Assembly (NCBI GenBank): GCA_012295275.1
Contig: CM022672.1
Location: 12,028,001-12,092,000, forward strand
Reading direction: 5' to 3'
Length of the DNA: 64,000 nucleotides
From: Chrysomallon squamiferum
Lineage: Eukaryota; Animalia; Mollusca
Within the stretch, counting starts at the first letter, position 1. Each line of letters starts with the position of its first letter. The position numbers and the translations under genes are program-made. Below the pieces are notes generated by a model that made no database searches, was not told where the DNA came from, and saw only the letters and a program-made list of their open reading frames with translations. This document shows positions 34,880 through 46,289 of the stretch, piece after piece.

Positions 34880-37800
34880 TTACTCCAATTTCTTGAGTTC
34901 TTCCACACTAGGAAAATACCAGTAAGTTCCCTTGACATTCTGTGAAATTTTCATGATGTCATCACTGTGCCCATCAGCTCCGGCACCAACCATTCTCTTC
35001 AACATGTACTCAAAGTTCTTTGGTGACTCAGCATAGCCAATGAAGAAAAGACCATGTTCCCCAGCAATGGTTCCAAATGGCATTGACTGACGTACGATTT
35101 GAAAAGGCTTTTCTGCTTCGAATTTGTTCCCTGAAAAACAGAAGATAAACATCTATTAAGAGAAAATAATTTTTCATCAAATTAAAATAATTAAATTTTA
35201 TGGGTTATATTTACTTTGTTGTTGTTATTATAATTCCTTATATAAAGTAAATATTGGCTACTGTCACATAAAAGGTAGGAAAATAATTAATCTTGAAAAT
35301 AAATTTTAAAAATATTAAAAATTATTTCAAGAATTAAACATTTACCAAGAAATGAATTATTAGAAGAAATAGATTTTGTCCAATCTTATTAAAACAGATG
35401 AATTTTGAAACTTAATATCATACCTGTATTGTCTAAAGTAATTTGATTAAAATCTTTAAGCAGTTATAATGATGATGATGATGATGATAACAATAGCTAC
35501 TACCCTGAATAATTAAGATAATTATTCTTTAGGTACTTCTCAAGGTGATGAGGTATTAAAATTAATTATTTCACCTGATGTCATTCTGGCTACGTGTGAT
35601 GTGATACTTTTACGTTTCAGTTCAGTGCTATCGTCCTTTGAGCGACCAATAAATCCTTCCAAATTTTTATCTAAAAATATTTGTTAGAAGTCATTTGAAT
35701 TACTCTTTGTATATACTGCTAAGCATCAACAGCAATTTTTAATTCAAGCAAATATGAAAAACAAAATGAAACAAAATGCCTATACTGCTTCAGAAAAAGT
35801 ATGTACCCTTCATAAATGTACTGAAATTAATTATTAAAAAAAAAATAATAATTTTCTTTAATTTTTTTTTAATATGCACCCCAAAGATACAAGTCCTAAG
35901 ATATTAAAGAAACAAATGAAGTCCTAAGTCCTAAAATTAGACCTCATTGCTAATGTCTGTCATTTGTACAACATCAAATTATATTATATATATATATATT
36001 ATTAAATTGTCATAATTAACAAATGATTAATAGTAATTTACCTTTCTCTGAATCAATATAATCAAGCTTATGAAGCCATTTCTGAGTAATCTGAGAAAAA
36101 AAAAGAAAAAAAAGTAAAATTATTATATAAAATACTATAGAAATTCTAAAAATGTATTCTTTCTAAACTTTAACTGATTCTCTTTAAAAATATTTAGTCA
36201 GAACATGTAAATGTATTCTATTTTAAGGCAGATGACTGATCATTTATATAAAATAATAATTTTACTTAGAAAGCTTAAAACTTAAATACAATTATTATTC
36301 TTAATTATATTAATAACTTGAATATAATATTATCATCTCTGCAAAATTAGGAAAAATTATATATCTATAATCTGAAGAACTGGATCAAATACCCCACACA
36401 CAAAAATAATATGTACATCTCTGAAAACTGCATAAGCAATATATTGTCATATTACTTATTTTTATCTGAATAATAGGGATATATTATTTATTATTATAAA
36501 ATTAATATTTTGGGTTTTTTCTGGAACAGTTTTTTTTTGTATATATTAGAGTAATTTAAAAGAAAAACACTACTTACCACGTAACTACCTCCAGTTTCTT
36601 TTTCAACTGCTATCTCTTTTCGACTGTCTTCATCAGCAGCATTTTCAGTTCCTGAAATTATACAAAGAAGAGTGGCATGATATAAAATCAAAATCAAATA
36701 TTATTAAAATATTCATTAGTTATGAAATAACTATTCAAAAACTGTAAATAATAAATTAATAATAACAAGAAGAACCTGTACAACAGTAATAATAATTAAA
36801 AACAAAAATAAAGAAAAATAATGAAAATAAAGAAAAAATAAAATTATAATAATAAAATAAACAAAAAGTAAAATAATGAAAATAATGAAACAAACAATGA
36901 TATTAATAAATAAAGAAGAAAAAACCAACCAAACCTTTTTGGAATAATATAACTTATCACAATTTATTTTTTGTATGTTATTTATTAATTTTTTCATATA
37001 CATTATATTATGCTGTTTTATTTTATTTTATTTAAAAAAGCTTAAAATTTAATTCTTATACATATATAATGTATAATTAATTATAAGTATTTATAAAAAA
37101 AATTTATATAATATTTATACATTTTTTTTAATTTAAAATTGTTTAAAATTTGTCCTTATATATAATTTATATTACTTTTTTTTTAAATTTAAAGTTGATA
37201 TAATTTACTTCATATATGTTAATTATTTTATGATTTTTTTTTTATATTTTAATATACTTTAAATATATATTAATAAAAATAATTTTTATTTAAAAATGTT
37301 TAAAATTTACAAAATCCCATTGTAGTAAAGATAAATAATAACAACAACAAAAATTGTATGAAATTGTACTATTCCGATAATAACAATAGAATTTTTATTT
37401 ATTTATATTTTTATATTTTTGATGGTGATATAAACTAGAAGAAAAAAAAAATATGTCTATTGTAAATATTTTTAATCTAAGTATTTTAAAAAATTATTTC
37501 TGATACCATCAATAAATCCAGACAGATCTCTTCCATTTCTGTACACAAAGCTGTAGATGTCTTCAAACTCATCGATGCTGTCGTAGGGCATGTTTTTCAG
37601 AAACACCTGAGTCAACTCAAACAGTTTGCTCATTTCATTGCACTTGGCGTGGATGAAAATATCACCTCCTGAAAATAATGTTAATATTTAATAAAATAAT
37701 GTTAATATTCATTAATAAAATATTTGTAAAATACTGCAGAGGAAGCAAATTATAAAATTGATAAAAAAAAAAAAAAAAAAAAAAAAACCATTAATATATA

Positions 37801-40214
37801 AATAATATTTTTAAAAAACAAAAAAAACATTAATAAATAAATTATAAAAAATTATTAAAAAAAGAAAAGAAAAAAAAAGACAAATTATATACAGAAAAAT
37901 AAACAAGTTATAAATTATTATTATTATTATTTTTTTTTAAATTAACAATTTTATAATGTACTTTTTTGTTGTTGTTGTTGTTGTTGATGTTTTTATTAAA
38001 ACTTTATCATACAGAATAAACCAGCACTCAACTAAAATACATGAATCTACCAATGCTAAATATTAATCTAACATGTTTAAAACTGTAACACATTATAATA
38101 CAAATGTGTATATAAAAAATACAACATAGTAACAGTTTCTTTGAATAAAGAATATTTTTATCTCACCTGAACTTGGCATATCTCCCAGAGGTCCTTTACG
38201 ATAAGGATAGGTAAAATTTTCTTTTGTCTCACCTGCTACCTGGAAAATTATTTAAAACAAAATATTTGGAATTTTTCCTTTTTATTAAATTTATTTACTT
38301 ATTTATTATTTTTTTGTCGTGTTTCTTTTGCGCGATTTTTTTGTTTTGTTTTAGTTATTTATTAGTTTCTTCATTTTAAGTATTATTTTTCTTTATTTAT
38401 TTTAAACTAACAAGTTACTGTTAAAGTGGTTTTCTCTTCCATAATAATTATTTCTGCAGCTATATGTGTTTAACAGTTTTTGGTGACATTTATTTTATTA
38501 TATAAAAATCTATTATTATTATTATTAGCATCATCAGCTTATGTATTCAAAAAAGTTTTATTTAAGGGATGATTTCTGCTCATTTCTTTAAAATTTCAAT
38601 CATTTAAATTTTAAATTCTTTTAGCTATGATCATTACTTATAATTTTATTACCTGGTTATAAAAATTTGGTCCAAATCCAATTCCAGCCAAAATTTCATC
38701 ATCTTCATCTCTCATTTTTGGGTCAACGATTTCATCGACAAACTTCTGAAGTTTTGCTGCAGTTCGCGAAACTTCACGTACTTTGGCTGTAGGCTTCAGG
38801 TGAATCCAGAGGTAAAGTGCATGATCCTTACCTTCAGAATACACCTGTGTTGTCATGGTAACAAATAATGAAAAGAGATTTTTTGTTTTTAAATTATAAT
38901 TAGTGGATTAAGTTTTATAAATTCAAGTTATACTGGTTTATTTTATTTGGAAAAAGTTCTTTTGCAGTAAAGGAATTAATTATCCATTAAGAATTTTAAA
39001 TATGTTAAATTAAAATTATGGTTTTTTTATAAATACGATTAAAAATATTAGAAATTAAAAAAACAATAAATTATTAAATTAGGTAAAGAAAACAAAAATA
39101 ATATAAAATCAAATATAAAATGAAATAAATAAATTAATGAACAATAAACTGCCTGTTCAATTATAAAAATATGTAATTCATAAATTCAAAATTTAAAAAA
39201 AAAATTAAAATTTTTTAAATAAAAGTACAAATATGTTTAGAAGTTTATTTACTAAAACTGGAAATATTCAGAAATTTTAAAAGAATAATATTCAACCTGA
39301 AAAATTTAAAACATAAAAGATTGGGATCTGCATAGAAATGTACAGGCTAAAAGACAGTAATGGTGATATTTTATTGCTTTTTAACAGTCTATTCCTACTT
39401 TACAATAAAAACATCTTGCTTAATTCTGAACATCCTCTAACCTTGACACGCTGTGCATGTCCAGCCATGCAGAAATAATACCTTTACTGCTAGGAAGTCA
39501 CTGAGTACTGCAGTTACAAACAGCCTGTGTATCTAGATGACTGGGCAGGTACAACTAGGTAAATTTCAGGTACGAAATAAATTATAGCTTTAAATGAACC
39601 ACTAAACGGCATGTGGTAAAATATGTTCAATGAAAACTCAGAACTAGGCCAAAACTATTTTCCCTTTCTTTTTATTATTATTATATATATATATTTTTTT
39701 TTTTTTTCTCAAAGTAAGAAAAGATGTGGTATATTTACTCCTGTTTACAATATAACACATCTTTGACAAAAAAAACTGAGGATTCAATATAATTCCCTTT
39801 CTTATTATCATTATTTTTTTTTTTCCTCAAAGTAAGAAAAGATGTGGTATATTTACTCCTGTTTACAATATAACACATCTATGTAAAAAAAACTGAGGAT
39901 TACAACATAATTCATTCTTTAATTAATAAAAGCTCTTAAAAACTAAATACAGAGCAATGTGACATAATTCTCATTACCGACGGCTGAGCTTTCGGAGTTT
40001 CTGCTGCATACAAAGGTTCTGGTTGTAAACTTTGGATGACGTCAGACAGATTATTCCTGTGGTAGACTTGGTAAGCCAGACACCCTGCAGCACCAGCAGT
40101 GGTTACACCCAACAACAGAGGTCGTAAAATATGTTTTGTTCCAAAAGATCTGCTGCTGAATGATCTTGAACTTGCTGCAGTTGTTAAATCATAAATATGT
40201 ATGTGATTGAACTG

Positions 40215-40299
<85 letters not shown>

Positions 40300-40753
40300 A
40301 CAAGCTGGTAATTCTTATCAAATATAACCTCATCACCAATGGCAAACATTTAGCAGAACTGCACCCTCCCAGTTTGTTTCTGTTGCTTACATGACTTGAT
40401 GTTTTTATTTTTATTTATACAAAAATTAACTTAATATCCCTAAACGTTACCATCATGAAATTTATTCCGACATTTATTATACCATTTTTCTTAAATAATG
40501 TCATTTAAAAATATTATAGTAATAATTTTAATGCATTTAAATTGCTTATCATTTGTTAATATTTACATAATTTAGTTCGTAGTCAAGTTCGTCGTGTTAA
40601 ATTTTGTTGTTGTTTTTTTGTTTTTTTTACAAAACTGTAACTGACAGTGCAATATCAGCCTGTAATATCGTGTTATATTAATCATTAAACATACCTGTTT
40701 TTGAAGAGCGAATGAAATGTCTGAAAAGTGTGCAAACTTCGTAACGATGCCAT
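34880..40753 (-). CDS. Dye-decolorizing peroxidase (DyP family, YfeX-like) with N-terminal targeting leader, about 382 aa
   Basis: Exons 40753-40695, about 40170-39978 (acceptor uncertain), 38844-38653, 38239-38167, 37668-37507, 36651-36578, 36090-36042, 35670-35575 and 35130-34880. Motifs: GIGFG, MPSSGGDIFIH, RDLSGFIDGTEN (GXXDG catalytic Asp), GGSYVITQKWLH, IGRSK, SHVAR (proximal His), IVRQSMPFG (distal Arg), EHGLFFIGY, GTYWYFPS. Confidence 0.93.
39706..39901 (+). repeat. ~118-bp tandem duplication in DyP intron 2
   Basis: ctcaaagtaagaaaagatgtggtatatttactcctgtttacaatataacacatct..actgaggatt is present twice. Confidence 0.9.
40218..40296 (+). repeat. (GA)n microsatellite, read as (TC)n on the DyP sense strand
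   Basis: About 39 GA units, roughly 45 bp upstream of the DyP exon 2 acceptor. Confidence 0.95.
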
Positions 40754-40759
40754 GACGAA

Positions 40760-40900
40760 AATGATCGGGAATAGTGTGTCAAAGCGAATCGCTAACCTAT
40801 TAAAACAGAGATCACGTGAGAGTAACAAACTTTTATTGTCGAGTGGTTAGAATTCGTGACATGGCCTTGAAATTTCCAGGTCGCTGAAGCACGACACATT
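40760..40900 (-). promoter_or_regulatory. DyP promoter: CpG-rich with palindromic E-box TCACGTGA
   Basis: TCACGTGA at 40812-40819, about 60 bp upstream of the ATG, inside a local CpG cluster. Confidence 0.55.
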
Positions 40901-42473
40901 TGTTTATTTGTTGTTTTTGTTTTTAAAGAGCAGGAGTATACATTTTATTTGTGTTATTTTGTGAAAGTAGTAGTAGTTGTAGTTAATAATACTAATTTAT
41001 ACTGTTGTTATATTATTATTATTTATTTATTTCCTTTTTTTTTTATTTATATTTAATTTTTTTTTTTTTTTTTTTTTATATGTTATTTATTTATTAATTT
41101 TTATTAATTTATTTATTATGCCATAATAATTTGATCGCGAAACTAATTAATTTTAAGGATACACAGAAAAATAATTAATTCTAAATATTAATTTTATAAT
41201 ATTCCTCGAATAAAAAGAATATATTCTTATTATATTATATTTTTAATTTTGTAATTTTAATTTTATTATTATTATTATTATTTTTAACCACTATATTTAG
41301 ACTAATAAACAAAGATCTCAAATAAGTGGTGAATTTATTTTGTTCTACTGAAAGACAAAAAATGAAGCAACGATAATGAAGATATATAATTAAAAAAACA
41401 ACAGAAACAACGTACGTTGTTTACTTGAGTAATTTTAGGGAATTTAATTCATAGTAACAGAATCACTGATAAAGCTTATATATATATATATATATATATG
41501 TAATCGGGATGGTAAAAAATGTAAAAACAAAAATATATTGACATAAAATATTTTTATCTGCAGCTTTTCATTTTATTTATTTATTTACATGTAGCTCTGA
41601 ACAAATGGACATAAAATAAAATCCTGAATCTCCATGAATCTTAACCTCAGTTATTTTGATATTTTCAATGGTTTAAAAATAAATGAAATATAAAATATAA
41701 TCAGTTTTTATGACACTTAATTTTCTTATATGACTGAATACTTGACAAATAATCACAAACAAAATCAATTCAAAAACATTTACTGACAATAATACAACTT
41801 CGCTAACATAAAAAAGATAAGAAAAAAAAAAAATAAAACAAATTTTAAAAATAATAATAACAACAATAATAATGTTAAAATTAAAATAATAATGTTAAAA
41901 TTAAAATAATAATGTTAAAATTAAAATAATAATACTAATAAAAAGTACTGAAAATAATGATATTTAATTGGTACACTTTTATTACATAAAATAAAAACAT
42001 ACATGTAAATACATTTATAATTAATTTGTACAAACTTTTCACTGAACAGATAATTTAGCATTAGAAAGTTAGAATAAAGCAACAAGACATATTACTTGAC
42101 TAAATTTAGGATATCAGTTCTATATGAAAATATTAAACTGACATTAATTAATCCAGTGTTATAAATATGAAGAATAATAAGCAATGTGTGAGATAAAATA
42201 TTACTTTTAGGCAAGAGATTAGTACATACCCTGCTTTTGTGATAAATATTATTAAGTTGTGAAAATTATTTTAAAATGTTTAAAAAGAAAAAACGAAAAA
42301 AAACAACATTGTAGTTTATTTTCATTATAATTATCAGCTTTTTTCCATTAAAAAAAAAAAAAAAAAATTCAAATACAGAGAATAATTATAATGTAAATGA
42401 TTTCAATATGGTAAATTGTAACTGGAATTAATCAAAAATTCATAATTCTTCTTACATATTTAAATTGAATGAC

Positions 42474-42504
<31 letters not shown>

Positions 42505-44227
42505 TACATACATTAAACCTGAATATTTTTACATATTTTTAATGAATTATTCAGTGTACCACAATAATAAATTGTAACACTTACATGCAATATATTTTTG
42601 AGCATTTACACTTTATAACATGTAAATATCTGTACATATGTATGTATATCTGTCTGTATCTGTGTATGTATGTATGTATGTAACATATATATGTATGTTA
42701 GTAAGTGCTTTGCAAGATTAGAGTTTGTGTATATTTGCATTTGTGTGTGTGTGTGTGTGTGTGTGCGTGCATGTGTGCGTGATGTTGACCTAGTATTGGG
42801 CTGTACTGAATTAAAACTCTGTTAAGCACCATATCATCATTACAGGAATGGCACTTACTGCAAATAAAGAAAACATTGTCCCAATACACTGGAATGTGAC
42901 CATGTTTTTAAAATTAATATTAATTTACTTTTAATGTACACGTTTTCTAACCAAGGCAAACACAACTGTTGTAAAATAATATAATTATAGAGACAGTATG
43001 AATTTTCTTAATATTTTTGTTTCTTTTTTTAATTTTGGCACAGAAAAGTTTAATTATAATCGGTAACAAATGTTTAAAGAAATTAAAAACAAAAATTTCT
43101 AAACTGAAAATGTTTTTCTCTCTCAGTTGACCTTAAAGGCTTTCTTTGTATATGAAATTTATTAATATATATTTAATATACAGGTAAACTGATGTGACTA
43201 AAACCCCCATCCACAACCTATTTCACACAACAGACGTAAAGTACATAATGCAGTGCATATTACATATGTGAATAAAACAGAACACACAAATTGTTTACAT
43301 AAGTGCACACTGAACAGTCAAGCTGTATCTGTTATTTAGTTATGAATAAATGTTTAATCATTACATTCTCATGAATACTGATTTAACAACAAATGTTTGT
43401 GGTGTGTTGGGGATGTATCAACATTATTACAAAATCTTTTAATGAAAAGAAATTTATATACATACATTTTAAAATTTATTATTGAAGGAAATGGATATAT
43501 GTATAGTTTATTTTTACTTTTCCTATTTTAAAAATGTTTCATATTAAAGCTTCTTAAAATAAAACCATAAACTATTCCTTTAATTTTTAAATTGTTTTTG
43601 AGTTTTTGTTTTTTTTCCTATTTTGTAGAAATGGGCGTGTAATCTGAAACCTATCCCACAAACACCTGGAGACTTTCTCAAGATATATTCACTATACACT
43701 GGCTGTAGATGATAAAAATATACAATTACATAACATGTTAGTAACGGTAAATAAAAACAAACACTTTATATTATTATTAGCCCAAATGATAAGGATGTAA
43801 CTGTAACAAGCTGAAGAAAACACACTACATATTTTGTGTTAATTATGTTTCAAGTGATCACAAGATGATACAACAGGGAGAAAGCATCTTAAGAAAAATT
43901 AACACACAACACAGTTCATATTTATTTATATCAAATAAACAACATTCCTTTAGTTATGATAATTATACTTCTTATGTTTCTTTTGTGATAAAACAATCAA
44001 AATTAATGTATAAAACAGTTTACATTTTCTTTAATTACAATTTACATTTACATGTAAATATCTTAATAAAAATTAATATGTAATACAGTTTACATTTCTG
44101 TATTTTCAACATATTTATTAAAACTGGCAAATATCCTGAATAAAAAATATGTATACAAAAATATTAATATTAAACAATTCTATGTACTACATTGTTATCT
44201 GGAGAAAAACAAAACTATAGTAAAGAT

Positions 44228-44775
44228 ATTACATTGTGTTACATAGTACTTGTAAATGTACTGTAATATTATCAACATTATTATTATGTCAGGTGAAAAA
44301 AAAAAATAACCTCTTACATTGTAGCAATTATCCAGTATTTGTAAAAGCACTGTAATATTATCAACAATAATTATACATAAGAGAATATATTTATATTACA
44401 CTGTAGTGATTATCCAGTATTTGTAAATGCACTGTATAATTATCAACATCAATAACATGTATATCCATTTGTATGGAGAATTTGTAGACTGTATTACATT
44501 GTAGTAATTATCCAACGTTTTTGTAAATGCACTGTAATATTATCAAAAACAATATAATGCTTATAAATTATTCTTTATGGAGAATATATGTTATATTGTT
44601 GTAATTATCCATTATTTGTAAATGCACTGTAATATTATCAAAAACAATATGTATATAAATTATTATGTTTGGAGAATTTGTATAATATTTAACATTGTAG
44701 TAATCATCCAGTATTTGTAAATGCACTATAATATTATCAACAACAATAATATGTATACAAATTATTTTGTATAGA
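44228..44775 (+). repeat. Degenerate ~85-100-bp tandem repeat, about 6 copies
   Basis: ttacattgtagtaattatccagtatttgtaaatgcactgtaatattatcaa recurs six times. Confidence 0.85.
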
Positions 44776-45013
44776 TTATAATATTATGGATATAAAATTG
44801 TACTTGGCCTGTTAATTGTATCACAGTCTGCCATATAAAATTAGTTTGCCATTATATAAAAATTAAATCAATCTCTTAACCCTGTTTAGTTTATTATAAT
44901 ATTATATACATATATTGTGCTATGTTAAAATATCTATAGACAATATTCACAATTTATAAAATATATTTTCTGTCTTTTTATAGGAATATGATTTACAGTG
45001 TGTTTCTTCTGGG

Positions 45014-45016
<3 letters not shown>

Positions 45017-45078
<62 letters not shown>
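45017..45078 (+). repeat. (ATT)n microsatellite
   Basis: About 20 units, directly visible. Confidence 0.95.
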
Positions 45079-45080
<2 letters not shown>

Positions 45081-46289
45081 AGGGATTGTTATTATTATTA
45101 ACATTTAATTTTGTTAGTATTGTGTACAAAATCGGTTTCTTTTTATTTATTTTATAAAATAAACAAATTTCAATATGCATTTAATATCTTTCTAGCTTTT
45201 GTGACATTAGAATTCCATGAAATTCATACATTTGGTGTATAGACACCATAAAATAAAGATTAGATAACAGGTTTTTTTTTTAATTTAAACTAGAAAAAAA
45301 AAAATGTATGTAAAATACTACTTTACTCACTGTTGAGGTATGATTGTTATTATAAAAATATAATTTACATAGTTTTGATTTTTGATAATTTATTAATATT
45401 ATAAGAAACTACTATGAGTTTATTAAAACAAAGCCTATTGTTTAATTTTTATATACACACAGTAGTAAATATTGCTGCTGCAACATAAAATTTTAAAACC
45501 TGAGTTTATTAAAAATATTCTGGACAAATCTAGTAAAATCACATTTTGTTAAAAATATATATATATCTACAAATAAAATTTAAAAATGTAAATAAATAAA
45601 AATGAATAACGCTTATTAAAATTTAAGAAAGCAGTAAAAGAAATAATGCTGACAAAACTGCTAAAGTCCTTTGGGTTTTGTGACTGACAAGTATTTTGAG
45701 ATATATATACATGTATATTAAAATTAGTAAGATTTGTTTAACAAATGTTATGAATTTTTCATGAAATACTAAAAATGTAAGTTGCAAACATGGGTACAAA
45801 AATCTTTTTATAAATTCCAAAAATGGAACACAAATTCTGTATTTTATTATTAATTTTTTTTTTAAATTTTAAAAAAGAAGATGATGAAAAACTACCTATG
45901 TATATATATTTCTAAATTAATATTTATATTTATATTAGCTTTTAATATATAAATTTATTACACAGTTTTGCCAGAGGTAATTACTTCATTTTTTATTGTT
46001 ATATTATAATTAAAATATAAAAATATTACACTACATTATGTAAGAAACAAAACATTTTTCTAGAAATTAAAAAAAAATAACACTATTAATACTATTTTTA
46101 AAATTATGTAAACAACAATCTAAATACATATTAAAATGGATACATTATACACAGTCACTCACAGATACAAACAATAAAGGCATATATATACATACACTAC
46201 AAAGTATGTTAATTATATAAAAAAAAAAATTTAAATCGTTTTTAAAACAAATTTAAAAATTACAAAAGGAGAAGAAACAAATGATGAAT

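Noticed and set aside
34880-40753. DyP as bacterial contamination or an encapsulin cargo locus
   Set aside because: Eight spliceosomal introns, host-like AT-rich composition, animal flanking genes, and no encapsulin gene or C-terminal cargo-loading peptide.
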